In this document: positions 1 to 12,874 of the stretch, piece after piece
Layout: each line of letters opens with the position of its first letter
Position numbering within the stretch: position 1 is the first letter of the stretch
DNA from: Heptranchias perlo
Lineage: Eukaryota
Assembly: GCF_035084215.1 (NCBI RefSeq)
Contig: NW_027139436.1
Location: 62,001-126,000, forward strand
Reading direction: 5' to 3'
Length of the DNA stretch: 64,000 nucleotides
Notes under the pieces: model-generated
Told to the model about the DNA's origin: nothing
Database searches by the model: none
What the model saw: the letters and a program-made list of their open reading frames with translations, nothing else
Made by a program: the position numbers and the translations under genes

Positions 1-3000
1 GTTCTAATATTGGCAGGGGATCCAGAGATTGTACTAATATTTAGAGGGGAGCCAGAGATTGCATAAAAATTTTCAGGCGATCCAGAGATTGTACCAATAT
101 TTACAGAGGATCCAGAGATTGTACTAATATTTACAGGAGATCCAGAGATTGCACTTATAATTACAGTGGATCCAGAGATTATACTAATATTTAAAGAGGA
201 TCCAGAGATTATACTTATTTTGACAGGGGATCCAGAGATTGTACGAATATTACAGGGGATCCAGAGATTGCACTAATATTTACAGAGGATCCAGAGATTG
301 TACTAATATTTACAGAGGATCCAGAGATTGTACTAATATTAACAGGGGATCCAGAGATTGTATTAACGTTCACAGGGGATCCAGAGATTGTACTAATATT
401 TACAGGGGATCCAGAGATTGTACTAATATTTACAGGGGATCCAGAGATTGCATTAATATTTTCAGGGGATCTAGAGATTGTACTAATATTTACAGGGGAT
501 CCAGAGATTGTACTAATAATTACAGGGGATCCAGATATTCTACTAATATTGACAGGGGATCCAGAGATTGTACTAATATTTACAGAGGATCTAGAGATTG
601 TACTAATATTGACAGGGGATCCAGAGATTATACTAATATTCACAGAGGATCTAGAGATTGTACTAATTATGACAGGGGATCCAGAGATTACACTAATATT
701 TACAGAGGATCCAGAGATTGTACCAATATTTACAGGGAAGCCAGAGATTGCAGTAATATTTTCAGGGGATCCAGAGATTGTACTAATATTTACAGAGGAT
801 CCAGAGATTGTACCAATATTTCCAGGAGATCCAGAGATTGCACTAATATTTACAGAGGATCCACAGATTATACTAATATTTACAGAGGATCCAGAGCTTA
901 TACTAATTTTGACAGGGGATCCAGACATTGTACGAATATTACAGGGGATCCAGAGATTGGACTAATATTTACAGGGGATCCAGAGATTTTACAAATATTA
1001 ACAGGGGATCCAGAGATTGTGCTAATATTTACAGGGGTTCCAGAGATTGTACTGATATTTACAGAGGATCCAGAGATTGTACTAATATTAACAGGGGATC
1101 CAGAGATTGTACTAATATTTCCAGGGGATCCAGAGATTGTACTAATATTTAAGGAGGATCCAGAGATTGCATTAATATTTTAAGAGGTCCAGTGATTGTA
1201 CTGATATTTAGAGGGGATCCAGAGATTGTACTAATATTTGCAGGTAATCCAGAGATTGTACTAATATTGACAGCGGATCCAGAGATTGTACTAATATTTG
1301 CAGGGGATCCAGAGATTGTGCCAATATTTACAGGGGATCCAGAGATTGTACTAATATTTACAGGGGATCCAGCGATTGTGCCAATATTTACAGGGGATCC
1401 AGAGATTGTAATAATATTTGCAGTGGATCCAGAGATTGTACCAATATTTACATGGGAGCTAGAGATTGCATTAATATTTTAAGAGGATCCAGAGATTGTA
1501 CTGATATTTACAGGGGATCCAGAGATTGTAGTAATATTTGCAGGGGAGCCAGAGATTGCATTAATATTTTCTGGGGATCCCGATATTGTACTAATATTTA
1601 CAGAGGATCCAGAGATTGTACTAATATGTACAGGGGATCCAGAGATTGTACCAATATTTACAGGGGATCCGGAGATTGTACCAATACTTAAAGGGGAGCC
1701 AGAGATTGCATTAATATTTTCAGGGGATCCAGAGATTGTGCTAATATTTACAGAGGATCCAGAGATTATACCAATTTTGACAGGGGATCCAGAGATTGTA
1801 CTAATATTTACAGAGAGTTCCAGTGATTGTCCTAATATTTACTCAAGATCCAGAGATTGCACTAATATTTACAGTGGATCCAGAGATTGTACCAATATTT
1901 ACAGTGGCTCCAGAGATTTTATTGATATTTACAGGGGATCCAGAGATTGTACCAATATTTACAGTTGATCCAGAGATTGTACAAATATTAACAGGTGATC
2001 CAGAGATTGTACTAATATTTACAGTGGATCCAGAGATTTTATTGATATTTACAGGGGATCCAGAAATTGTACTAATATTTACAGGAGATCCAGAGATTGC
2101 ACTAATATTTACAGGGGATCCAGAGATTACACTAATATTTACATAGGATCCAGAGATTATACTAATTTTGACAGGGGATCCAGAGATTGTACGAATATTA
2201 CAGGGGATCCAGAGTTTGTACTAAAATTTACAGAGGATCCAGAGATTGTACTAATATTTACAGGGGATCCAGAGATTGTATTAATAATTACAGCGGATCC
2301 AGAGATTGTACTAATATTTACAGGGGAGCCAGAGATTGCATTAATATTTTCAGGGGATCCAGAGATTGTACTAATATTTCCAGGAGATCCAGAGATTGCA
2401 CTAATATTTACAGAGGATCCACAGATTATACTAATATTTACAGAGGATCCAGAGCTTATACTAATTTTGACAGAGGATCCAGACATTGTACGAATATGAC
2501 AGGGGATCCAGAGATTGGACTAATATTTACAGGGGATCCAGAGATTTTACTAATATTAACAGGGGATCCAGAGATTGTGCTAATATTTACAGGAGATCCA
2601 GAGATTGTACTAATATTTACAGTGGATCCAGACATTGTACTAATATTTACAGGAGATCCAGAGATTGTACGAATATTTACAGTGGATCCAGAGATTGCAC
2701 TAATATTTACAGAGAGTTCCAGTGATTGTACTAATATTTACAGGTGATCCAGAGATTGTACTCATCTTTACAAGTGATCCAAAGATTGTACTAATATTTA
2801 CAGGGGATCCAGTGATTGTACTAATATTTACAGGGGATCCAGAGAATGTACTAATATTTACAGGAGTTCCAGAGATTGTACTAATATTTACAGTGGATCC
2901 AGAAATTGTACTAATATTTACAGGGGATCCAGAGATTGTACTAATATTCACAGGGGATCCAGAGATTGAATTAATATTTACAGGGTATCCAGTGATTCTA

Positions 3001-5088
3001 CTAATATTCCAGGGGATCCAGAGAATGCACTAATATTTGCAGAGAGGTCCGGTGATTGTTGTGATATTTTCAGGGGATCCAGAGATTGTACTAATGTTTA
3101 CAGCGGATCCAGAGATTGTACAAATATTTACAGGGGATCCAGAGATTGTACTAATATTTACAGGGGATCCAGAGATTGTACTAATATTTCCAGGAGATCC
3201 AGAGATTGCACTAATATTTACAGAGGATCCACAGATTATACTAATATTTACAGAGGATCCAGAGCTTATACTAATTTTGACAGGGGATCCAGACATTGTA
3301 CGAATATGACAGGGGATCCAGAGATTGGACTAATATTTACAGGGGATCCAGAGATTTTTCGAATATTAACAGGGGATCCAGAGATTGTGCTAATATTTAC
3401 AGGGGTTCCAGAGATTGTACTAATATTTACAGAGGATCCTGAGATTGTACTAATATTAACAGGGGATCCAGAGATTGTACTAATATTTCCAGGGGATCCA
3501 GAGATTGTACTAATATTTAAGGAGGATCCAGAGATTGTACTAATGTTTACAGAGGTCCAGTGATTGTACTGATATGTAGAGGGGATCCAGAGATTGTTCT
3601 AATATTTGCAGGTAATCCAGAGATTGTACTAATATTGACAGCGGATCCAGAGATTGTACTAATATTTACAGGGGATCCAGAGATTGTGCCAATATTTACA
3701 GGGGATCCAGAGATTGTAATAATATTTACAGTGGATCCAGAGATTGTACCAATATTTACATGGGAGCCAGAGATTGCATTAATATTTTCAGAGGATCCAG
3801 AGATTGTACTAATATTTACAGGGGAGCCAGAGATTGTACTAATATTTACAGAGAGTTCCAGTGATTGTACTAATATTTACAGGGGATCCAGAGATTATAG
3901 CAATATTTACAGTTGATCCAGAGATTGTACAAATATTAACAGGTGATCCAGAGATTGACTTCATATTTACAGGGCATCCAGTGATTGTACTGATATTTAC
4001 ACAGGATCCAGAGATTGTATGAATATTTACAGGGGATCCAGAGATTGTACTAATAATTACAGGGGAGCCAGAGATTGTAATAATATTAACAGGGGATCCA
4101 GAGATTTTATTAATACAATAGGGGATCCAGAGATTGTACTAATATTTACAGGGGATCCAGAGATTTTATTAATACAGCAGGGGATCCAGAGATTGTACTT
4201 ATATTTACAGGGGATCCAGAGATTGTACTAATATTTACAGGGGATCCAGAGATTTTATTGATACAACAGGGGATCCAGAGATTGTACTCATATTTACAGG
4301 GGATCCAGAGATTGTACTAATATTGACAGGGGATCCAGAGATTGTACGAATATTTCCTGGGGATCCAGAGATTGTACTAATGTTTACAGGAGTTCCAGAG
4401 ATTGTACAAATATTTACAGGGGATCCAGCGATTTTATTAGTATAACAGGGGATCCAGAGATTGTACAAATATTTACATGGGATCCAGAGATTGTACTGAT
4501 ATTTACATGGGATTCAGAGATTGTACTAATATTTACAGGGGATCCAGAGATTTTATTAATACAACAGGGGATCCAGAGATTGTACGAATATTTACAGGGG
4601 ATCCAGAGATTGTACTTATATTTAGAGGGGATCCAGAGATTGTACTAATATTTAAAGGGGATCCAGAGATTGTATGAATACAACAGGGGTTCCAGAGATT
4701 TTACTAATATTTACAGGGGATCCAGAGATTGTACTAATATTTGCAGGGGATCCAGAGATTGCACTAATATTTACAGGGGATCCAGAGATTGTACTAATAT
4801 TTACAGGGGACCCAGTGATTGTACTAATATTTACAGAGGATCCAGAGATTGTACTAATATTTACAGGTGATCCAGTGATTGCACTAATCTTTACAGGGGA
4901 TCGAGAGATTGTACTAATATTGACAGGGGATCCAGAGATTGTACTAATCTTTACAGGGGATCGAGAGATTGTACTAATATTGACAGGGGATCCAGAGATT
5001 GTACTAATATTGAGGGATGATCCAGTGATTGTACTAATATTTGCAGGTGACCCAGAGATTGTACTAATATTTACAGGGGATCCAGCCT
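1..5088. repeat. 30-bp minisatellite (CCAGAGATTGTACTAATATTTACAGGGGAT)n, roughly 170 units, in the intron upstream of the GPR139-like exon
   Basis: Periodic 30-bp unit is directly visible. All ORFs here are repeat translations (RGSRDCTNIY / TGDPEIVLIF). Confidence 0.97.
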
Positions 5089-5124
5089 AATGTATAATTT
5101 TCTGCTTCTTTCCTTTCCTTCCAG

Positions 5125-6023
5125 TGAACTTATTGACGATTGTGATCTTGTCTCGGGGAAAGTGCGGACTCTCCAAATGTGTCACTCTCTACCTGGTTGC
5201 CATGGCAGCGGGGGATCTACTGGTCGTTATCACCGATCTGATCCTCAGGCAGATTCCGATTGTGTTTTACATTTATTTCTACTTCCTCTGGTCCATCCCC
5301 GTGTGTAATATCCACGCTGTCCTACTTTTCGCAGCCACTGACTGTTCTGTCTGGTTCACCGTCTCTTTCACCTTTGATCGATTTGTGGCCATTTGTTGCC
5401 AGAAGCTGAAAACTAAATATTGCTCCGAGAGGACGGCGTCTGTGGTTCTGGGAACAGTGACTGTGCTGAGCTGTTTGAAGAGTATTCCCTGGTATTTTAT
5501 GTTTACACGTTGGTATACACTAATCAATGAGCCCTGGTTCTGTGCTGTAACACCCAGTGTTATGATTTCACCGATATGGGGAGTATTCGAACTCCTCCAT
5601 AATATCCTCACCCCGTGTGTCCCATTTATTCTGGTTCTGCTGCTCAATGCTTTCACCGTCAGACACATTTTCGAGGCCAACAGAGCCCGCAGGAGACTCC
5701 GGGGCCACAGCAGTGGGGAGAGCCCCAGTGACCCAGAGATGGAAAGCCGAAGGAAATCCATCATTTTACTGTTTGTTATATCAGGGAACTTTATCCTGTT
5801 ATGGGCCCTGTTTATGGTGTATTCGATGTGGAATCGGATGTTGTGGTTGGGGTTTAGGTCTGTAATTCTACCTAACGTTATACAAGAAATGGGGTTCATG
5901 CTCCAGCTCTTGAGTTGCTGCACAAACACTTGTATTTATGCCGTGACACAGACTAAATTCAGAGAGCAGTTGAAGAATGTGGTGAAATATCCTTTTACTG
6001 TCATTGTGAAATTCATTAAATAA
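5125..6023 (+). CDS. Class A GPCR, GPR139/GPR142-like; large terminal coding exon (TM1 C-terminal half to stop), first exon outside the window
   Basis: Pyrimidine tract plus AG acceptor (ttcctttccttccag) ends at 5124. The frame is open to TAA at 6021-6023 with hydrophobic helices, NLLTIVILSR, LVAMAAGDLL, TDCSVWFTVSFTFDRFVAIC and SCCTNTCIY, which match GPR139-family motifs. Confidence 0.88.
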
Positions 6024-6266
6024 TGAGAGGATCTGAAGACTTTCTAAGAGCAGAGTCAGTTCTGTGTCGTACGGTGTCTGATTCTCTCTCCACCAGGCCG
6101 CGGTGCTGGAAACACCGTCTATTCTGCAATCACTGAAACCTTTATAAACGGAGGCTATTTATCAACTCATTTTACAGAGTTTCTCAAAGTTTATATCTCA
6201 TGAAAGGACAAGTTGTAAAATAATATGTGGCTCCTGATCGCACCAAAAGTTTGACCATATTGGAGA

Positions 6267-6288
6267 AATAAAATGTTAATAAAATAAA
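6267..6288 (+). terminator. Clustered polyadenylation signals of the GPCR gene
   Basis: Three AATAAA hexamers about 245-265 nt after the stop codon. Confidence 0.6.
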
Positions 6289-6302
6289 CTAAATACAAGC
6301 AA

Positions 6303-6620
6303 TCGGTGATCAGTGTGTTAATGGGACGGGAGGTCGAGGAGGTCCCAGGACTGTAGGTGTCGGTGATCAGTGTGTTAATGGGACGGGAGGAAGAGGAGAT
6401 CCCAGGACTGTCAGTGTCGGTGATCAGTGTGTTAATGGGACGGGAGGGAGAGGAGATCCCAGGACTGTTGGTGTCGGTGATCAGTGTGTTAATGGGGCGG
6501 GAGGTAGAGGAGATCCAGACTGTTGGTGTCGGTGATCAGTGTGTTAATGGGACGGGAGGTGGAGGAGATCAGTGTGTTAATGGGGCGGGAGGGAGAGGAG
6601 ATCCCAGGACTGTCTGTGTC
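6303..6620. repeat. About 58-bp tandem repeat (GGTGATCAGTGTGTTAATGGGACGGGAGG...)
   Basis: Five to six visible copies. Confidence 0.85.
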
Positions 6621-6644
6621 ATTGATCTCCGACCCCCCCATGGG

Positions 6645-7575
6645 AGAGAGAGAGAGAGAGAGACCAACAGAGTGAGATTGATAAAGGTAAGACTGAGTGC
6701 AGTGAGAGAGAGAGAGAGAAAGACACCAACAGAGGGAGATTGATAAAGGTGAGACTGAGTGTAGTGATGGAGAGAGAGAGACACCAACAGAGGGAGGTTG
6801 ATCAAGGTGAGACTGAGTGCAGTGATGGAGAGAGAGAGAGACACCAACAGAGGGAGATTGATAAAGGTTAGACTGAGTGCAGAGAGAGAGAGAGACACAC
6901 ACACCAACAGAGGGAGATTGATCAAGGTGAGACTGAGTGCAGTGATGGAGAGAGAGACACACACCAACAGAGGGAGATTGATAAAGGTGAGACTGAGTGC
7001 AGTGATGGAGAGAGAGAGAGACACCAACAGAGGGAGATTGATAAAGGTGAGACTGAGTGCAGTGATGGAGAGAGAGACACACCAACAGAGTGAGATTGAT
7101 AAAGGTAAGACTGAGTGCAGTGAGAGAGAGAGAGAGAGAAAGACACCAGCAGAGGGAGATTGATCAAGGTGAGACTGAGTGCAGTGATGGAGAGAGAGAG
7201 AGAGACACCAACAGAGGGAGATTGATAAAGGTAAGACTGAGTGCAGAGAGAGAGACACACACCAACAGAGGGAGATTGAAAAAGGTGAGACTGAGTGCAG
7301 TGATGGAGAGAGAGAGAGAGAGAGACACCAACAGAGGGAGATTGATAAAGGTAAGACTGAGTGCAGAGAGAGAGACACACACCAACAGAGGGAGATTGAA
7401 AAAGGTGAGACTGAGTGCAGTGATGGGGAGAGAGAGAGACACCAATAGAGGGAGATTGATAAAGGTGAGACTGAGAACAGTGATAGAGAGAGAGAGACAC
7501 CAACAGAGGGAGATTGATCAAGGTGAGACTGAGCACAGTGATAGAGAGAGAGAGACACCAACAGAGGGAGATTGC
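6645..7575. repeat. About 60-bp tandem repeat with a variable (GA)n tract; same family as 16050-16795
   Basis: Unit GACACCAACAGAGGGAGATTGATAAAGGTGAGACTGAGTGCAGTGATG(GA)n. Confidence 0.93.
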
Positions 7576-7589
7576 CATCTGGGTGAATT

Positions 7590-7760
7590 GAAGGAAAGAG
7601 AGACTTGCATTTCTGCAGCACCTTTCAGAACATCATGACGTCCCAAAGTGCTTGACATCCAATGAAATAGTTTTGAAGTGTCGTCGCTGTTGTTGGAAAC
7701 GCAACAGCCAATATGAGCACAGCAAGATCCCACAAACAGCACTGTGATGATAATGCGATT
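7590..7760 (-). mobile_element. 3' fragment of a shark SINE (Deu/SacSINE1-like family)
   Basis: Reverse complement of the SINE tail seen at 25330-25490 (cacagcaagatcccacaaacagca). Confidence 0.7.
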
Positions 7761-7761
7761 G

Positions 7762-8463
7762 GGCAGTTTCCTGACCAGACGGTCGAATCCATTTGGCAGA
7801 ACGTCTCATCACCAGAACTGACCAACAGACACCAGGATGGAGCCTGGATGGTGGTGAGAAGGACCCTCCCAGTGCGGTCCTTCCAACACGCACAGAATCT
7901 CAGCACCACCCCGAGCTCCCTCGAGGCTCCGGCGGGGAGGAGACTGTCGTCCACCTCCTGATGGACTGCCCCTTCGCACAGAGGGTGTGGAGAGAGATGT
8001 GTTGGTATCTGTCCCGGTTCATCCCCAACAGTTCGGTAACACAGGACGCCGTGCTCTACGGGCTGTTCCCAGGACGCACACCGAGACAGATACCACCTGT
8101 GGCTGGAAGACCATTAACTCGGTGAAGGAGGCCCTTTGGCCCGTCCGAAACCTGCTGGTCTTCCAGCTGAAGGAGCTGTCCATGACCGAGTGTTGCCGAC
8201 GGGCACACTCCAAGGTCCAGGAGTCCGTGCTGCGGGACGCACTGAGGCGAGGTGCGGCCGACGCAAAGGCTGCACGGGGAGAGGTCACCGTGTGAGGCCA
8301 CCCCACCCTGTATCGTACAGAATGCATTCGGAAATATGCTCTGTGTTTTAAATTGTGTCCGATCTGTATTGTCTTGTTGAATTGTAATTGTGTATTTACA
8401 TTGAACTGTGGGTATCATTAAATTTTATGAAATAATGTAAATTTTGAGATTAAAAAAAACAAA
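7762..8463 (+). mobile_element. Tx1/L1-clade LINE 3' fragment (ORF2 C-terminal zinc-finger region, 3'UTR, A tail)
   Basis: Frameshifted peptides IWQNVSSPELTNRHQD, EETVVHLLMDCPFAQRVW and WKTINSVKEALW, ending in an A-rich tail. Confidence 0.8.
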
Positions 8464-8529
8464 CCTCATTCAATCTGCACCTTGAGGACTGGGTCCCTCC
8501 ATCCCCGTCTCCCCCGATCTCTCTGACGC

Positions 8530-10970
8530 CCTATCTCTCTCTCTCTCTCTCTATCCCCCTCTCTCTATCCCCAATCTCTATCCCCCAATCTCTCTCTCTC
8601 TCTATCCCCCAATCTCTCTCTCTCTCTCTATCCCCCAATCTCTCTCTCTCCTCTCTATCCCCAATCTCTCTCTCTCTCTCTATCCCCCAATCTCTCTCTC
8701 TCTCTCTATCCCCCTATCCCTCTCTCTCTCTATCCCCCTATCCCTCTCTCTCTCTATCCCCCTATCCCTCTCTCTCTCTATCCCCCTATCCCTCTCTCTC
8801 TCTATCCCCCTATCTCTCTCTCTCTCTCTCTATCCCCCTATCTCTCTCTCTCTATCTATCCCCCTATCTCTCTCTCTCTATCTATCCCCCTATCTCTCTC
8901 TCTCTAACCCCCTATCTCTCTCTCTCTCTCTCTCTATCCCCCTATCTCTCTCTCTCTCTCTCTCTATCCCCCTATCTCTCTCTCTCTCTCTATCCCCCTA
9001 TCTCTCTCTCTCTCTCTATCCCCCTATCTCTCTCTCTCTCTCTATCCCCCTATCTCTCNNNNNNNNNNNNNNNNNNNNNNNNNNNNNNNNNNNNNNNNNN
9101 NNNNNNNNNNNNNNNNNNNNNNNNNNNNNNNNNNNNNNNNNNNNNNNNNNNNNNNNNNNNNNNNNNNNNNNNNNNNNNNNNNNNNNNNNNNNNNNNNNNN
9201 NNNNNNNNNNNNNNNNNNNNNNNNNCTCTCTATCCCCCTATCTCTCTCTCTCTATCCCCCTATCTCTCTCTCTCTCTCTCTCTCTATCCCCCTATCTCTC
9301 TCTCTCTCTCTATCCCCCTATCTCTCTCTCTCTCTCTCTATCCCCCTATCTCTCTCTCTCTCTCTATCCCCCTATCTCTGTCTCTCTATCCCTCTCTCTC
9401 TCTCTCTATCCCCCTCTCTCTCTCTCTATCCCCCTCTCTCTCTCTATCCCCCTCTCTCTCTCTATCCCCCTCTCTCTCTCTCTATCCCCCTCTCTCTCTC
9501 TCTATCCCCCTCTCTCTCTCTCTATCCCCCTCTCTCTCTCTCTATCCCCCTCTCTCTCTCTCTATCCCCCTATCTCTCTCTCTCTATCCCCCTATCTCTC
9601 TCTCTCTATCCCCCTATCTCTCTCTCTCTATCCCCCTATCTCTCTCTATCCCCCTATCTCTCTCTATCCCCCTATCTCTCTCTATCCCCCTATCTCTCTC
9701 TATCCCCCTATCTCTCTCTATCCCCCTATCTCTCTCTATCCCCCTATCTCTCTCTCTCTCTCTATCCCCCTATCTCTCTCTCTCTCTATCCCCCTATCTC
9801 TCTCTCTCTATCCCTCTCTCTCTCCCCCTATCTCTCTCTCTCCCCCTATCTCTCTCTCTCCCCCTATCTCTCTCTCTCTCTATCCCCCTATCTCTCTCTC
9901 TCTCTCTATCCCCCTATCTCTCTCTCTCTCTCTATCCCCCTATCTACTCTCTCTCTATCCCCTCTCTCTCTCTCTATCCCCCTATCTCTCACTCTCTCTA
10001 TCCCCCTATCCCCCTATCTCTCTCTCTATCCCCTATCTCTCTCTATCCCCCTATCTCTCTCTCTCTCTATCCCCCCTATCTCTCTCTCTCTCTCTATCCC
10101 CCTATCTCTCTCTATCCCCCTCTCTCTCTCCCCCTATCTCTCTCTCTCCCCCTATCTCTCTCTCTCTCTATCCCCCTATCTCTCTCTCTCTCTATCCCCC
10201 CTATCTCTCTCTCTCTCTCTATCCCCCTATCTCTCTCTATCCCCCTATCTCTCTCTCTCTCTCTATCCCCCTATCTCTCTCTATCCCCTATCTCTCTCTC
10301 TCTCTCTATCCCCCTATCTCTCTCTCTCTCTATCCCCCTGTCTCTCTCTCTCTATCCCTCTCTCTCTCTCCCCTATCTCTCTCTCTCTCTATCCCCCTAT
10401 CTCTCTCTCTCTCTCTATCCCCCTATCTCTCTCTCTCTCTATCCCCCTATCTCTCTCTCTCTCTATCCCCCTATCTCTCTCTCTCTCTCTCTATCCCCCT
10501 ATCTCTCTCTCTATCCCCCTATCTCTCTCTCTCTCTCTCTATCCCCCTATCTCTCTCTCTCTCTATCCCCCTATCTCTCTCTCTCTCTATCCCCCTATCT
10601 CTCTCTCTCTCTATCCCCCTATCTCTCTCTCTCTCTCTATCCCCCTATCTCTCTCTCTCTCTATCCCCCTATCTCTCTCTCTCTCTATCCCCCCTATCTC
10701 TCTCTCTCTCTCTCTATCCCCCTATCTCTCTCTCTCTCTCTATCCCCCCTATCTCTCTCTCTCTCTCTATCCCCCTGTCTCTCTCTCTATCCCCCTATCT
10801 CTCTCTCTCTCTATCCCCCTATCTCTCTCTCTCTCTATCCCCCTATCTCTCTCTCTCTCTCTCTATCCCCCTCTCTCTCTCTCTCTCTATCCCCTATCTC
10901 TCTCTCTATCCCCCTCTCTCTCTCTCTCTCTCCCCCTATCTCTCTCTCTCTCTCTCTTTCACACTCTCTC
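8530..10970. repeat. Pyrimidine-rich (CT)n/ATCCCCCT compound microsatellite, with an assembly gap at 9059-9224
   Basis: Direct inspection. Confidence 0.97.
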
Positions 10971-10976
10971 TATTAC

Positions 10977-11058
10977 CGAAGTCACTCTTTATCTGTTTTT
11001 CTCTCACGGCTCCCGGCGCCACATCGCCGATCAGTTTGTCCAATCCCTGGATCCCCAT
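10977..11058 (-). pseudogene. FEN1: FEN1 first coding exon, isolated (MGIQGLDKLIGDVAPGAVREKQIKSDF+G); no further exons recognised in the window
   Basis: ATG at 11058, then 27 codons plus 1 nt and a GTAATA donor. The peptide matches the conserved FEN1 N-terminus [28 protein letters not shown]. Confidence 0.75.
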
Positions 11059-11480
11059 CGGGCCTCGGGCCTCGGGCTCCGCCGCTCCCGCTTCTTCCAA
11101 CCGATCAATTTGGCGCGCGATGGACCCCGCTCCTCCAGTCCGCCCAATCGACCCCCCCGATCGCATCGATCCCGCTCCTCCAGTCCGCCCAATCCACGCC
11201 TCGATCGCATCGATCTCACACCTCCAGTCCCGCCCAATCGACCCCACGATCGCTTCCATCCCGCTCCGTTCCCGATGCAGCGACTCTACCGATTCGATTG
11301 CGCGGGTGTAACAGCGATCAATCGCTCCCCATCGTTCAGGCACGCCGGGATACCGGCCGCCACCTTGATCAGGGAGTCGTCCCGCAGCTGAAAAAATAAA
11401 CCGGTCCCGCCATCTTGGTGAAGGAGAGGGAGGCGCTTGAGCGGCGGCCATCTTGGTAAAGGAGGAACAATGGCCGCCTG
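11059..11480 (-). promoter_or_regulatory. CpG island / housekeeping-type promoter and 5'UTR of the FEN1 exon
   Basis: Very high CpG density and two YY1-type AAGATGGC motifs (plus-strand gccatctt at about 11409 and 11447). Confidence 0.6.
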
Positions 11481-11502
11481 TCACATTGACCTGAACTCAT
11501 GT

Positions 11503-11636
11503 TTACAACATTTACCTGAGGAAGGAGAAAATCTCCGAAAGCTTGTGAATTTAAAATAAAATTGCTGGACTATAACTTGGTGTTGTAAATTGTTTACAAT
11601 TGTCAACCCCAGTCCATCACCGGCATCTCCACATCA
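11503..11636 (+). mobile_element. Short Penelope-derived insertion with a minimal hammerhead motif and an 11-bp target-site duplication
   Basis: TGAACTCATGT flanks both sides (11492-11502 and 11637-11647). The insert contains ATTTAC-CTGAGGA-A-GGAGA-aaa-TCTCC-GAAAGCTT-GTGAAT. Confidence 0.75.
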
Positions 11637-11654
11637 TGAACTCATGTCAGCAAT

Positions 11655-12870
11655 CTTCCAACACCAGGTTCCAGTCCAAGAGTTTTATTTGAAAATCACA
11701 AGCTTTCGGAGGCTTTCTCCTTCGTTGGATTCCTTGAAAATTACCGCAAATATAGTCAGAGAACAGTGCCTGGTGATTACAGATAATCTTTCCAACTGCC
11801 CGTTGTCAAGGCGATCAGACGGAGAGACATTACATACAGGACGACTGAATATACAAATGGCCAGAACCAAAGACAGAGAGAGAGAGAAACATCCGAAAGG
11901 AAGAGAAAGACAGAGAATGACCAGTTGTATTAAAAACAGATAACTCTTTTTCCCCCTCTGGTGGGGCTACGTGCAGCGCGACATGAACCCAAGATCCCGG
12001 TTGAGGCCGTCCTCATGGGTTTCAAACAGCCACCCAACCTCAAACAGACCATCGTTCGCAGCAAATTACCCAGCTCTCAGGAGAACAGCGTCCACGACAC
12101 CACACAACCCTGCCACGGCAACCTCTGCAAGACATGCCAGACCATCGACACAGATACCACCATCACACGAGAGGATACCACCCACCAGGTACATGCTCCT
12201 GTTACTCGGCCAACGTTGTCTACCTCATACATTGCAGGAAAGGATGCCCTCCGCGGAGCATGGTACATCGGCGAGACCATGTAGACGCTGCGACAACGGA
12301 TGAACGGACACCGCGCAACAATCGCCAGACAGGAGGGTTCCCTCCCATTCGGGGAACACTTTAGCAGTCAACGACATTCAGCCACCGATCTTCGGGGAAG
12401 CGTTCTCCAAGGCGGCCTTCGAGACACACGACAACGCAAAATCGTCGAGCAGAAATTGATAGCCAAGTTCCGCACCCATGAGGACGGCCTCAACCGGGAT
12501 CTTGGGTTCATGTCACGCTACACGTAACCCCACCAGCGGGAAAAAAAGTTATCTGTTTTTAATACAACTGGACATTCTCTCTCTCTCTCTGCCCTTCGGA
12601 TCTCTTTCTCTCTCTGTCTGTGTAATCTGACCCACTGTGTGTTCAGTATACTGGGATGTAATGTTTTCCGTGGCTAATCTGTCTGAACACCAACGACACC
12701 TTTGATTGCTGTGATTGTCTCCCAGCCTAATATGTGATTGTCTCCCAGCCTAATATATGATATGCGATTTTAAAACCCTTCACTCACGAACCTGACGAAG
12801 GAGGTAAGCTCCGAAAGCTTGTGATTTTCAAATAAAACTGTTGGACTATAACCGGGTGTTGTAAGATTCC
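11655..12870 (+). mobile_element. Penelope-like element remnant: GIY-YIG endonuclease region with inverted terminal repeats
   Basis: Disrupted ORF QPPNLKQTIVRS...CHGNLCKTC...NVVYLIHC...WYIGET...RMNGHR...HF...GLNRD. The segment at about 11860-12020 is the reverse complement of about 12475-12610. Hammerhead-like motifs occur at both ends (12792-12824 +, about 11695-11730 -). Confidence 0.88.
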
Positions 12871-12874
12871 TAAA

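Noticed and set aside
215-5090. Long ORFs with RGSRDCTNIY / TGDPEIVLIF / SGSPVNISTI repeats
   Set aside because: These are translations of a 30-bp minisatellite in several frames with frequent frameshifts, and there is no coding signature.
6645-7575. RSS-like CACAGTG...ACACCAACA in the 60-bp GA repeat (also 16050-16795)
   Set aside because: Only a few units have CAC, and their spacers are 10, 14 or 16 nt rather than 12 or 23.
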